This document shows positions 11,555 through 24,960 of a stretch of DNA of 64,000 nucleotides, piece after piece. The stretch is from contig CM121341.1 of assembly GCA_051530055.1 (NCBI GenBank), forward strand, positions 10,828,784-10,892,783, written 5' to 3'. Position numbers and translations under genes: made by a program. Under the pieces are notes generated by a model. That model was not told the DNA's origin, searched no databases, and was given only the letters and a program-made list of their open reading frames with translations. The DNA comes from Neoechinorhynchus agilis (lineage: Eukaryota; Animalia; Acanthocephala). Every line of letters starts with the position of its first letter. Position 1 is the stretch's first letter.

Positions 11555-14460
11555 TCATTTCAAGGAGCCACAAGGTATAAGCGTGAATGACTTGATTAAA
11601 TTAGGTTGCTCCGATCAGGTCCGGTCTATGTTGATCCAGCGGTAAGTCTTGTCGGACCAATCGGGTGTATGCGCCCACGGGTAAGGAAGATTTGCGAGAG
11701 CTTTATGGAAGGTGTTACGGAACACTAGGCGTTGGTCAGGAGGACGGCCGCGCTAGTAAAAAAACGAGGCCCGATATAGCCCAGGAATTCCAAATAGTAC
11801 GTGAACATTTGATTGGAATGCCTAACTGTTGGGATTTTGTAGCCTTGACGTTGGCGATTCTTATTATTTTTTTTAATTTTGCAAGATCATGAGTGGCCGA
11901 GAACTTTGAAGTAAAAGTGTAGCCCAGAATAGTCAGCTTAGTAGAGACTTTGCCGGTATTAATATCAAAAAGGGTATTGAAAGCCTCTAATAGCTCCAGT
12001 TTGTCCCTCCGTTACCTAGTTCTAGTTATGAACTGGGTCTTCCTAGGATTTAGTTCCGATCCCATCAAAGGAAGCGTGGAATCTAGGAAAGATAGGAGAT
12101 CGAGAAGGTGTTTTTTGCTCTAACGTAATTGATTTCCTTGATGACCGCTGTCAAATCATCGGCGTAAGTCGAGATATTCTGGCAAACCCTACAGTTCTGA
12201 ATGATAAACTGGTTGGCGAGGCAAAATAAAATAGGCGACAGAGGGGATCCCTGTGGAACACCTTTGGTTGTATAATATATTTTATTCTCGGGATCATCCT
12301 GAAAGAAGAACGATTTGGACAGCAGTGTGTTAGAGATCCGAGCAATAATACTGTAAGGCGAGCTAAAAAACCTAAGAATATATATAATAAACTCGATATG
12401 GAGGTTGTCAAACGCCCGGGAAATATCAAACGAAATCAATAGATTAGTTGATAATTGATTGTTGTAAAAATGATTGGCTATCTCCCTGATTGCTGAGTGT
12501 AGCGATTTCCCTGGAAGGAAACCGTGGCAGCGTGAGTCAATGCAATTGTGCTCCATCGCAAAGTCCAATAGATATCGGGCAAGGGCTCCCTCGTAAATCG
12601 AGACTAAGGAATTTTGTATAGAAATCGGCCTAAAATCATCGGCAAATGTAATCTTTCGACTTTTATTTTTAACCTGGAAAATGCGTTTGGCAAGGTTAAT
12701 CGACGACCACTGTTGTGGCGGTACTCATACCAGGGTTTTTGCTACACTGACAACGCTGTCCTCGGATAAAACGTTTGTGGCCTTAAAGGAAGCTGAATTA
12801 ATATTTGATTGGCAGAAAGATTCACTCTACGGCGTTGGATGGGCAAGAATTCTGGATGTACTGGTGTGTTCGAAGAGCCAACAGAATGTTGCCTGCATAA
12901 CTCCGACACCACTTTGGAGAGTCCAGCATCCTTAATCCAGGCGCCAGCCGCCCTCTTCCAGGGGACGAAACTTTTCTTGGCTGCAATTGGCCACCATTGG
13001 GAGCAGTAGGGAGCCAAGGTACTAATCCTACGGAAATCGCAAGCCAGCTGAAATCGAGTCCGGCATGAACGCGTAACTTGCTTCCGCTAGGTGATCGTTT
13101 ATTTCGTAATGAGATAATGATTGCCCGCCTTTTAGAAATATCATAGTAGCCAAATTAAAGAATTGAATATTATGCGCATCTAATTTGAATTTCCTCCTCA
13201 GTAGGGTGTTTTTAGAGAGGTTACATAGAACCGCATCATGCCCACAAATCTTGAAAAAAGAGCTTTGTGAGGAAACTACTGGCCTCAGATGCAAGCCTTT
13301 CTTTGCAATGCATAAATCTAAGTATAAACTATCGCTGGCATGAGAGAAAGTTGGAAAAAGAGGGCAAATAAGCTCGTGGTGATCTGTGGTACGCGAGACC
13401 GCTCGAATCCACTTCCCAGAGGGGTCATTAAAATCCCCGAATAAAAGATCAGCCCCCGAGAGCAATAGCCCATTCAGTACTTCTTTGATATCTCTAAGGT
13501 GGATTTTCCTAGGTCGAACATAGACATAGTTACTGATAATAACCGGATACTCATAATAACCGGAAAAAGATTGGTTCTGAAGATTGACAAAAGGCCCTGG
13601 GAAAGCAACTTAGATGGAGGAGTAATGAATGTGGAGAAATTCGAGCCGAGCTGAGCGATAGATTCGGGCAAATCGAACGAGCGATAGACGCATTTGGATT
13701 ATTGAATGAAGATTATCTCGGGGCATTATGGGGCTGTATTGAGCAAACCAGATCGACCGCCTGCGTTCCACTGCACCAACCTTAGTTCTGTCATAAGACA
13801 GGTCTCCTCCTTTTGATTAAGTCCGAGATACCCTCGGCGCAAATTTTTCCCTGCTCATCGATTATTTGTCGCACAAAGATATCGTCATCGTTCATGTCGA
13901 CTACTTCGGTTAAACCAACAGATTCGGACGATTGATCCAGAGGTCTTTTGACAACTGAAGGTGTACCTTCGATCGATGCTTGATTCATTCGATTAAAGCT
14001 CTGTTGAATGGTTGAGCTGAGGAGACTCAAATGCTTCAGAATGCGTGTTTCCAAATTGCGGGTGGTAGTTGCGATTCTCCGATCAACCATCTTCAGTAGA
14101 TTCACCGAGAAATCATTCAGAATCCAGTCGAGGTTTGGAGAACTATGGCCGATCGTTGTGTCTGAGTGATTGGTCGGAGGATGAATGACAGAACTTGAAG
14201 GTTACCTCAATGGCCAATTAGTGGATATGGATTTCTAGAAGAGCTTTTAAACTTAGACTCTGCTCTCATGATACCAAAAAGATTTGGAACTCTTGGGCAA
14301 TCTCGGGCCTAGTTTTTTACTCTAGAAGAAGACCCCCGAATAACGATTAAAGTACATTATCACTTTCCTAGAGGCTCTGGGCAAACTCCCTTACTCCTGG
14401 AAACAAGCGCTTAAATGGATAGCGATGATATAACTTTATTACTATCGAATTATAATTATT
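11555..14460 (-). mobile_element. LINE family C, decayed (ORF1 C-terminus, endonuclease, linker, RT, C-terminal domain)
   Basis: MTELRLVQWNAGG ORF2 start overlapping the ORF1 stop, LFGDFND, ICGHDAV, CHGFLPGK, FDISRAFD, GVPQGSPLSP, TYADD, RGRPP; many stops and frameshifts. Confidence 0.85.
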
Positions 14461-15130
14461 CCTACACATAAATTATGTCGGTTAATCATCCAATGTTTTC
14501 CTTCAAATAAATCTTATGTATGCATCAGGAGCAGAGCCTCGTGTTAGGATAATTCATTAGTTCGTTCACACAGCACCGAAACTTGGAGTTGAAGATTGGC
14601 AATCTCTTTTTCCACATTTGAGTCAAAAATAGAGCTTCCTAGAAGATGTAACAGGTGCAGAGTGATCTCGCAGGATTCAGTTCAATGTCAATTTTTGTGA
14701 CTAAGTAATCAAGCTATTGCAATTATAAATTTTATTAGCAACGTTAGACGTCTAAAATCCAATTCGTTAGGACGCAACGTAGTGACCAAAGTTTAAGTTT
14801 TGATGAAATCCGATTTAAATCGGTAATAGAATTTGCTAGTTAGAAATCTCGTAGACTACTGGGATTTGGAATTAACTTTATTTCTCGTGAAAAATACTGA
14901 AGCCAATCCCATGCACATATCTTTTGCCTTTTTAATTAAAACAGCGCTTTAGAAAGGCCAACTAATTCTCTGGGTTCACTCGAATACGGACATTTGCTGA
15001 TAAATACCGTAATTTGCCGGAAAACAAATCGAGTTGTTTACAAAACATTTCAATGTTACGCTCTAATTATTTATTTATGTTCCGCCTATTTTCCCGGTTG
15101 ATGGGTTCTTAGACTCACAATCCCTCGCCG

Positions 15131-15555
15131 ATGCACTTTTGTAATCCTTGTTTGGTGCTATATCCGCCTTCAATGACAAACGTTACGATGCCGGAGGTCC
15201 TTACTCATCCGAGACCATACTTCCATCCTTGTGATCAACAATATTCATTTCAAGCGATGCCACAATTTAATTACAAAATCCAAGCGAATCAACAAAACAA
15301 TTTTTAGCCAAGAGTCTTCAATGGATTCGTGAATTCCAGTCTCATTGGACTTTGTTTGCAGTTTTATAAGGGTATATTCGTCGATCTTTTGAAAAAGGAG
15401 GAACTTTGCATGCATTATCTCCTTGAAGTTGCTCACAATTCTAGAATACTCGGTACGGCGGAAGGTAATAAAAATGTCGACATTATTACAAAATATGTTA
15501 ACGACTACTGCGATCGGAGCGCAAATCGCTTCAATGAAAATAATGACGAGAAACC
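15131..15555 (+). pseudogene. Orphan ORF U, copy U2 (frameshifted at ~15305, truncated by junction to RTE)
   Basis: Aligns to the other U copies until ...gacgagaaacc, then switches to RTE sequence. Confidence 0.45.
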
Positions 15556-15935
15556 GTTGGAGTTCTTTGGATTTGCCAATCCACCAATCGTTTTGAATTT
15601 GGCGAATGCGCTTTTACGCGAGTGCTTTCGCTTTTCGGAACTCCATTTGTTTGATGGTTGAGCGGCGATCGTTTTCTAAGGCCGTTTTCGTTTTCTTCTC
15701 CGATCTATGAAACGTTTAATTTCTGCGTCATTCTCATCGAACCAATCCGGCTATTTTCGCCTTATGCTGAGATGGCCGTAAGGTGGGTAAGTGGTACTGA
15801 TGAACAGGAGGATTGAAGTGGTATGTTCACGAACATTAGTCTCTCGTTGCTGCCGATCGGACACAAGCAATACTCATCCACCATTTTCGTCTACTCCATA
15901 TTCCCTTGTCTAATACCGTTCCCTGTGTTACCCCC
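15556..15935 (-). mobile_element. RTE fragment (short copy)
   Basis: Reverse complement of ~6716-7090. Confidence 0.8.
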
Positions 15936-18900
15936 ACTCCTGATTCAATAAATTGCTGATCTCTGAGCCTCGACATCAGGAAGGAAGTAACCAAATTGAC
16001 ATAACAAAAGAATTATTCCCCGCGGGATAATTTGGCATACTCAGAAGCCTTTTTAGACACGACTCCCCTCCCTGTAGCAGCCCAATAACAAAAAATATTG
16101 GGGGAGTACGTGTATGATTACGGATAAAATAAGTACATCTTATAAAATAACAAAAGGCTAAGTAACAAATGGCTCTCACAATATAAATTCAGAGTCCGTT
16201 CTCCTTTTTCCAAGAATCCACTTTCTCCCTGTCTCGTCTTTTCAGCCGCCTCACAATCTCGTTGAACGCATGTTCATCATTTATAGAACATCTTTTCCAG
16301 TTCTCGTGTGGGTAATTCAAAATCTTTGTTATAAAAATACGCCATAAAAACGATTCCACCAATTCTCTTATTGAAATTTCCAAATTTTTCAAAACTTTCC
16401 ATACTCGTTGTATAAGCCAGACGCCAAAATCAATCCGCACCTCGGGCGGCCTTCCTCTCCCAAAAAAACAGAATGAGCAAGCCAGAGTCGTCTTCATAAT
16501 TTCCACAGGATGACATATCATCACAGCCAACCACCTGATCCTCCTCGCAATTGCTGCAACTTTGAGAAATGTAGATCCTAGAGCCGAGTTCGAGACAACT
16601 CTGCTTCTAGTAGAAGGAACGTTTATCCCAAGCACTTTAGAACATCTTGAAACCTTCATCATTTGAGTGCGCGGATCCTCTAAAAATTTAGCATATAACT
16701 GCTTATGAGCCACATTGGAATCAGTCAAAGGGACAAGCGTTGTTTTTCTTCTATTAGTGCTTAAATTCGCATCCTCTAAGCACTTGTCAAGTTTATATAG
16801 TACCGAATCCACTATGCGACATAAAACTTCCTTCTTCTTATGAAAAATAAAAAAGAAAATATCATCTGCGTAGAATAAAATTCTCACTCTGGATAACTTC
16901 TTCAATTTCCTAATAATACCAATCATGCCAATTAAAAATAATGTCGGGACGATGGTGAACCCTGCGGAACCCCTAACTTAGAATAAAAAAGACTTTTCAA
17001 CGGATCAACCTCTAAAAAATATGCCTTTGATTCCATTAAAAACTGAATACGACCACGAAGCTTCTTGGGGAGCTTCAAGTCTAAAAAAGTCTTATATATA
17101 AAATTCATGCTAATAGTGTAGAACGCCTTATTAACATCAACCTGTAATAAAACCTTATTAACCTTAAGCACCGATTTCTGTAAAATACATTACTCATTAA
17201 TTAGTGTTCCCACTCCCTTTCCCGGTACAAAACCATGAAAACATTTCGGAATAAGATCCCTTCTACTTAGAATCCCCATTGATTCATCGTTTATTACTTT
17301 CTCTATAAGAAAAATGATGGGGTTTTGAATCGATATAAACCTAATATCACTCGGAGATTTAATATTTCCTTTAACTTTAGGTATGATGAACTTCCTCACT
17401 ATATTAATCTTGCATAAGTCCTCAAAAGTTACACGATTAGGCATACGCTTCAATATCTCGATCTTTACATCTTTACCAACTAAATCGAAAATCTTCGGTG
17501 ATACCGACAAGTCGTTTACTCCAGAAATTCTAGAAAAGGCTCTAGTCTCACTTATTATCAGTTTACCTCTCCTAATACTTTCAATAAATATTTCTTTGTA
17601 AAAACGAATCATTCACCGACCCCACAAACCTTCATTACCCCCTGCCTCCTCTGCAATTCTTGCATTACGATAAAATGAACGCGCCGTTTTCGACGGTCTG
17701 TGCCGCCTTATGTGCGAAAAATTACTAAATTCCTCGAAGTTGCTACAGATATCATCTTATTTAAATTTTCCAATTTTACAGTCGAAAATTTGCAGATATC
17801 AGCCCGCAAGCAATTGTTAAAATTAACTAACCTGATCGAAACATTCCAAACGACTCTTGATTTAAGATCCATAATTCCCTACTCAAATATAATCAAATCG
17901 AGTCCCATCCTAAGTTGTTCAAGAAACTGCCCCAACACTCTCACCTGAATATTTAACTCTTTTTTTACATATAACGTCCAAAAAAGAATCTACAGATTTT
18001 GTAAAATTATGAAGCAATGGGAAAGGAGTGAGGTGAAAAATGTATTCTTCGTCCCAATGTGAGAAACCACTCAACCCGTTGGAGTTTAAGTCACCCACAA
18101 TAATGTCTGGATCCCATGTCTTAAACCACTCCTCTCTGTTATTCTTAGACCATGTAAGTCTTCTTGGCGCAACATATAAATTAGCCATAATCCATCTACC
18201 ACTAAGACGATATGAATCACCCATACCCTTGATCGCTATTAATTGGACCGCAAAATACTCGTGCTTTACCTGAAATAAAAGCTCAGGTCTAAATCTCTTA
18301 TGAACATAAGACTGTAGTCCACCTGAAAAACCAATATTATTATGGATTACTCCACCTCCACTGGGCATTAATGTAAATGATATCATATCGCCTCTAATAA
18401 CAAGATTCATATTTCCCCTTTCTTGAAAGCAAATAACGTCCGCATCATCTAGTCGACCCGCTAAACAAATATTCTCTGACAAAACCAAGGCTATGGATAC
18501 ATTATAAGAAATTGAAATAAAATTATTCGTCATACAAGTAAGTAAATTATCATTAACATTAAACATTTTAAAATATTTAGCGACAACGACTTTTATGCCG
18601 ACCATTAACATGCCTACCCATCTTTCTAATCGGGCCATGCGATGACAACCCATCCTCCTTATTATCAGGTTCATCCTCTTTTTCACCTGATGCACACCTC
18701 TTACCCATCATCAATTTCTCCTGAACCTGTTTAATTACCTCATCCACCTCCTTACTATTTTCCGTCTTCTTGACCAAAGCAACCATATTTAATAAATCAC
18801 AAATTATTTTATCCTTCTCCTCGAGTTTTTTATTTAAATTATCCACCCTCTCTTTAAGTATTTCTAACTCCTCCTTAACCTCATCTTCTACCTGAAAACT

Positions 18901-20112
18901 ATTTCTCCTAACCTTATCCTCTCCTTGAGGACCATTTTCCCCCATATTACTACCATCCACCTTTTCCACCTTCCGTTTAAACCAACTATTATAATCACCT
19001 GGCTTCGCCATTTTCCAGTAACTAACCGTTGCCGTACATGTACGCCTATATGCCTCATGATTTCCTAAACAACTTGCACATTTAACTGAACCCAAAGTAC
19101 TGCAATTAATTGTGTTGTGAGGGCCACCACATCTCATACATTTAGCCTGACTGGCACATTGGAAACTTGTATGCCCCCATTTGCAGCAATTTGTGCATTG
19201 AGTTAAAACGTAATCATAAATCGACTCCGACTGGCGGGATACGAAATTAATCCAATATGCCATAGAACCAAAATATCTTTCCTGGACCTTGTCTACCTCA
19301 TCCTGCGAGCCCGATACAAGTAAGGAATAAGGCTCCGAAGAAGGACTCCTTTTCAAATATTTAATTGGCACAATACCAAAAGTGTTTTGGAATAATATAA
19401 ACTCATCTTTCGACATATTCGGCGGAGGGTTTAGCACTAAAACTGACACTTTCCTTGATATATTTTTATACCTAATATTTTTACTACGAAGAAGCTCCTC
19501 AAATAGTTTCATTCCTTCAACTTCCAAGAAAATCATTAGCACCGCCCACTTGGTCCTAAAACATTTTTTAATCGGATATCATCTGTCACCACTAAAGTTA
19601 TTAGGTTTTAAACCTTCCGAAAAATATATCTTCGTTAAATCACTTGCCCTTAAATCTCCTAAATCCTCTTTATTAATTTTTAACACAAAATCATCTCTCC
19701 TTCTCGGCAACCGAAAAACACCTCTAAACACTGAATCAGAACATTCACCGTGATGGGGATCGACAGCCCACTACTCTCCAAAACAACCTCCTTCATGACG
19801 CTATCCTTCAACATAACCTCCAAATCACCTTCCCCATCGCTAACCTTATAATCCACATCCATCTTTCCCCCTCCATAGTCATCCGGAGGTCATGGATCAA
19901 TGGAATCTTGATTATTTTGATCATTTTGATCATTGTTCGGAGCACAACTTTTTTGACAAAAAAATTACGCGAAATATATGAGGCTGATGGTTGATTCGAT
20001 TTACCATCGTACCGAATACGAACGGAAGCGTCGCAATGCACGTGAGTAATATTTTATTATTATTATTATTAATACAGGCATACTGTTAGTTTATGAGTTA
20101 TTTTCTTTATAT
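15936..20112 (-). mobile_element. LINE family B, near full-length but with disrupted ORF2 (mirror at 51953-56129)
   Basis: ORF1 18577-19542 with three CCHC knuckles plus coiled coil; endonuclease ICFQE, IVGDLN, FLDVI; RT pieces 17190-17612, 16932-17171, 16189-16926. Confidence 0.92.
18577..19542 (-). CDS. LINE family B ORF1, 3' 321 aa (5' part interrupted)
   Basis: CTNCCKWGHTSFQC / CMRCGGPHNTINC / CASCLGNHEAYRRTC. Confidence 0.85.
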   Translation of the reverse strand: MLMIFLEVEGMKLFEELLRSKNIRYKNISRKVSVLVLNPPPNMSKDEFILFQNTFGIVPIKYLKRSPSSEPYSLLVSGSQDEVDKVQERYFGSMAYWINFVSRQSESIYDYVLTQCTNCCKWGHTSFQCASQAKCMRCGGPHNTINCSTLGSVKCASCLGNHEAYRRTCTATVSYWKMAKPGDYNSWFKRKVEKVDGSNMGENGPQGEDKVRRNSFQVEDEVKEELEILKERVDNLNKKLEEKDKIICDLLNMVALVKKTENSKEVDEVIKQVQEKLMMGKRCASGEKEDEPDNKEDGLSSHGPIRKMGRHVNGRHKSRCR

Positions 20113-20114
20113 TG

Positions 20115-21490
20115 AGTTGATTCTAATAATCAATGTAAAAAGAAATATTTTGAAATCATTGGAAACGTCGTTTCCGATTAATGGTCTGCATTGCGGGTGA
20201 ATCTTCTCTCCACAAAAACGACAGCTATTGCGTGAGTAGTGCAACACCGACAGTGTTTCGTGCCCTGGATCAGAGAAGTGAGACTCGATCTCCTTTTCAG
20301 TTTTTGCCACTGCTACCGGGGTCTCGGATGATATCGGAGTCTCCATTAACTGATAACGTTTTTATTGCCGAAAACCAAAAACCAACACGCGTATCACGCA
20401 CACCAATGGACACTCACACGCACCACACACGCACGTCACCGATCGATTACTACCATCACATTTCTCCCTTTCTCAAGTACGAATCGTATGGTAGAACAGG
20501 TCGACGCCTGGTCCATGTACTTCGACGTGGTGGGACCGATTCATCTTCAATGTGTTCCACTGGACTGTCTGGTAGTGTGACTTCTGATTCGAATCCAGGT
20601 CTATGTGTGTCACTTTTTCGTTCTCCTCTGCCGAACTGGATTCCTTTTCTCTTATGAAATCCGTATTGCACCGTCGCTCCCGGCCATTATCGTCCTGCAC
20701 GCCATACGACACTGGACCGTTTATCGCGACTAATTTTCCCGACCCCCACGGGCTTGCTTTATCCTCTTTGAACTGAATCGGTTGGTCCTCGTCGAACGTG
20801 CTCATCTTCTTTTCTGATCCCTTCCGATCACGCGCTGCTGCCAATCGTGGCTCTACCCTTGATTCGGTGTTGGGCTTAAGCATCATTGTGGCAGGTGCTA
20901 TTCCGGTTGTAGCATGAGGCGTATTCCGGCAAGCCATCAGGAAAGCATTTATACTCTCCTTCGACATTCCTTCCCCCAATTTGCGCGTCCGTCGTTTCAA
21001 TGTCGCTTGGCAAGGCCGTAAGTTCTAGGATGGTAGGGGCTCGCACGAATGTGTCTTATCTGACGCTCTTGACAAAACTTTCTGAAATCCTCTGACACAA
21101 ATTGGGGTCCATTGTCCGACACTATGGACCGAGGCACTCTGAATCTGCTAAAACAACTTCATAGACATTCGATCACTCTTTTGGAAGTGCTGTTATTCCC
21201 TAATGTCCACACCTGCGGCCATTTGATGCAAGCGTCTACTAGTACAAGGTATACTATACCGTTGACGGGGCCAGCGAGGTCCACGTGTACACGCTTCCAT
21301 GGATTCGTTTTCCAATTCCGACTTAATAGTAGCGTTTCGGCCTTATTCGGTCGATTCGCTTGACACATCGAACATGTTCCTATCTTGCTTTTGATAGCAT
21401 CCTCCATTTTCGGCCAATATTCATAATATCGACGAAGTGCTATCATCGCCTCCCGTCCAGGATGCCCGCTGTGCAATCTGTCGATGACAG
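20115..21490 (-). mobile_element. Ty3/gypsy integrase, PPT and start of 3' LTR, decayed (mirror at 50575-51950)
   Basis: LHSGHPG..CSMCQ, VHVDLAGP, SDNGPQF, FLMACRNTPH. In the mirror copy the purine tract gagaaagggagaaa (51591-51604) is followed by TG at 51605. Confidence 0.9.
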
Positions 21491-22123
21491 TTATTCTTAG
21501 TAGTCGTGATATGGTTACATGTAAAGCGAACGAAAACGCACCGAGCCGTCTGGAAGTCGTGTTGTTTAAACATACTAGAAGAATTGTTCAAATGAGAAGT
21601 ATTAAATATGCATTGAGAGCAATTGATGCACTGAGTAAAAACGACAAACGAGTTTTAAAGCGAAAGCTTAAACTGTTTAGAACAATAAGGAAATCAAAAA
21701 AGATCCGATATTATAAACGAGACAAAAAGTGATCGATTAGTCGTAAGTGTCATTAAAGTCGATATAGTTCTCTTAAAAACAACGAAAAGTGTTGCACTTT
21801 TTAACTTTGACGATGATAAATTAGCGAGCCCGATTCGCCTAGTCATCGGCACAACAGTCATGAACAAGAAATTGGCGGATGATATATTAACCTTTGATTT
21901 TTGTATGTGTCATTTTTCCTAGTTAACGCTTACCGATTTCAATTTTTATCTTACTTGATGAGCCGAGATACTCATGTGCAATGCTTACTTGATTCAAGGA
22001 TCCGAGAGTCGTCCGCGAAATAAATGTTTCAACATGGTACCGCCATACATACTCAAATTGCGACTATGCTTTATTTTAGAAAAAATTATGAAACTATCAC
22101 GCCTATCGATTACTGTATTACGT

Positions 22124-22615
22124 TCAATTTCCACTCTCGGTCGACCGTCCTTTTCTATTGCGTCTTCTACTGTGGTGCTTTTTTCGTCTTGGTTTCTCGT
22201 CATTATTTTCATTAAAGCGATTTGCGCTCCGATCGCAGTAGTCGTTAACGTATTTTGTAATAATATCGGCATTTTTATTACCTTCCGCCGTACCGAGTAT
22301 TCTAGAATTGTGAGCAACTTCAAGGAGATAATGCATGCAAAGTTCCTCCTTTTTCAAAAGATCGACGAATATACCCTTATAAAACTGCAAACAAAGTCCA
22401 ATGAGACTGGAATTCACGAACCCATTGAAGACTCTTGACGCAAAATTGTTTTGTTGATTCGCTTGGATTTTGTAATTAAATTGTGGCATCGCTTGAAATG
22501 AATATTGTTGATCACAAGGATGGAAGTATGAGCTCGGATGAATAAAGACCTCCGGCATCGTAACGTTTGTCATTGAAGGCGGATATAGCACCAAATAAGG
22601 ATTACAAAAATGCAT
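22124..22615 (-). CDS. Orphan ORF U, copy U3 (163 aa, open; basic C-terminus)
   Basis: ATG-to-stop ORF; Q/N-rich N-terminus, helical middle, KPRRKKHHSRRRNRKGR tail. Confidence 0.45.
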   Translation of the reverse strand: MHFCNPYLVLYPPSMTNVTMPEVFIHPSSYFHPCDQQYSFQAMPQFNYKIQANQQNNFASRVFNGFVNSSLIGLCLQFYKGIFVDLLKKEELCMHYLLEVAHNSRILGTAEGNKNADIITKYVNDYCDRSANRFNENNDEKPRRKKHHSRRRNRKGRSTESGN

Positions 22616-23399
22616 CGGCGAGAGATTGTGAGTCTAAGAACCCATCAACCGGAAAAATAGGCGGAACATAAACAAATAATTAGAGCGTAACATTGAAATG
22701 TTTTGTAAACAACTCGATTTGTTTTCCGGCAAATTTCGGTATTTATCAGCAAATGTCCGTATTCGAGTGAACCCAAAGAATTAGTTGGCCTCTCTAAAGC
22801 GCTGTTTTAATTAAAAAAGCAAAAGATATGTGCAGGGGATTGGCTTCAGTATTTTTCACGAGAAATAAAGTAAATTCCAAATCCCAGTAGTCTACGAGAT
22901 TTTTAACTAGCAAATTCTATAACCGATTTAAATCGGATTTCATCAAAACTTAAACATTGGTCACTGCGTTGCGCCCTAACGAATTGGATTTTGGACGTCT
23001 AACGTTGCTAATAAAATTTATAATTGCAATAGCTTGATTACTTAGTCACGAAAATTGACATTGAACTGAATCCTGCGAGATCACTCTGCACCTGTTACAT
23101 CTTCTAGGAAGCTCTATTTTTGACTCAAATGTGGAAAATGAGATTGCCAATCTTCAACTCCAAGTTTCGGTGCTGTGTGAACGAACTAATGAATTATCCT
23201 AACACGAGGCTCTGCTCCTGATGCATACATAAGATTTATTTGAAGGAAAACATTAGATGATTAACCGACATAATTTATGTGTAGGAATAATTATAATTCG
23301 ATAGTAATAAAGTTATATCATCGCTATCCATTTAAGCGCTTGTTTCCAGGAGTAAGGGAGTTTGCCCAGAGCTTCTAGGAAAGTGATAATGTACTTTAA

Positions 23400-24745
23400 T
23401 CGTTATTCGGGGTCTTCTTCTAGAGTAAAAAACTAGGCCCGAGATTGCCCAAGAGTTCCAAATCTTTTTGGTATCATGAGAGCAGAGTCTAAGTTTAAAA
23501 GCTCTTCTAGAAATCCATATCCACTAATTGGCCATTGAGGTAACCTTCAAGTTCTGTCATTCATCCTCCGACCAATCACTCAGACACAACGATCGGCCAT
23601 AGTTCTCCAAACCTCGACCGGATTCTGAATGATTTCTCGGTGAATGTACTGAAGATGGTTGATCGGAGAATCGCAACTCCCATCCGGAATTTGGAAACAC
23701 GCATTGAGAAGCATTTGAGTCTCCTCAGCTCAACCATTCAACAGAGCTTTAATCGAATGAATCAAGTATCGATCGAAGGCACACCTTCAGTTGCCTGAAG
23801 ACCTCTGGATCAATCGTCCGAATCTGTTGGTTTAACCGAAGTAGTCGACATGAACGATGACGATATCTTCGTGCGACAAATAATCGATGAGCAGGGAAAA
23901 ATTTGCGCCAAGGGTATCTCGGACTTAATCAAAAGGAGGAGAGCTGTCTAATGACATGACTAAGGTTGGTGCAGTGGAACGCAGGCGGTCGATCTTGTTT
24001 GCCCGATATAGCCCCCGTAGCCCATAATGCCGAGATAATGTTCATTCAATAAGCCAAATGCGCCAGTCGCTCGTTCGATTTGCCCGAATCTATCGCTCAG
24101 CTCGGCTCGAATTTCTCCACATTCATTACTCCTCCATCTAAGCTGCTTTCCCAGGGCCTTTTGTCAATCTTCAGAACCAATCTTTTTCCGGTTATTATGA
24201 GTATCCGGTTATTATCAGTAACTATGTCTATGTTCGACCTAGGAAAATCCACCTTAGAGATATCAAAGAAGTACTGAAAGGGCTATTGGTCTCGGGGGCT
24301 GATCTTTTATTCCGGGATTTTAATGACCCCTCTGGGAAGTGGATTCGAGCGGTCTCGCGTGCCACAGATAACCACGAGCTTATTTGCCCTCTTTTTCCAA
24401 CTTTCTCTCATGCCAGCGATAGTTCATACTTAGATTTATGCATTCCAAAGAAAGGCTTGCATCTGAGGCCAGTAGTTTCCTCACAAACCTCTTTTTTCAA
24501 GATTTGTGGGCATGATGCGGTTCTATGGAACCTCTCTAAAAACACTCTACTAAGGAGGAAATTCAAATTAGATACGCATAATATTCAATTCTTTAATTAG
24601 GATACTATGATATTTCTAAAAAGCGGGCAATCATTATCTCATTACGAAATAAACGATCACCTAGCGGAAGCAAGTTACGCGTTCCTGACAATCGTCTCTA
24701 AGTCCAATTTCGCAACGACTAAACCCTGTCTTCTGAAGTCTTTAA
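23400..24745 (+). mobile_element. LINE family C fragment (ORF1 end + endonuclease), mirror at 47320-48665
   Basis: Homologous to 13080-14300; gtcTAATGaca junction, LRLVQWNAGG, ICGHDAV. Confidence 0.8.
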
Positions 24746-24749
24746 TTTA

Positions 24750-24960
24750 ATGTACAGAATAGCGACATTTAATGAATTACAGCCTCTATAAGTTTTCTAT
24801 TTGGTTACTTTTCTTTACATTCACCACCTCCCACCAAATTCCAGCTTTTGTCCTTCCTCGACCGTCGCCATCACGCTGGCAGCATTGCCCCGTTGTACTG
24901 CCAGCGAGATATTTTGTCGAAGAAATAAGCCTGCCCTTGAGTCTCCGGTTGCCTCTCTAT
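24750..24960 (-). mobile_element. CRE-like element 3' end (RLE C-terminus), mirror at 47105-47315
   Basis: ATGDSRAGLFLRQNISLAVQRGNAASV. Confidence 0.8.

Noticed and set aside
21484-21732. Basic 82-aa ORF
   Set aside because: No diagnostic motif; possibly a LINE linker scrap; too weak to call.
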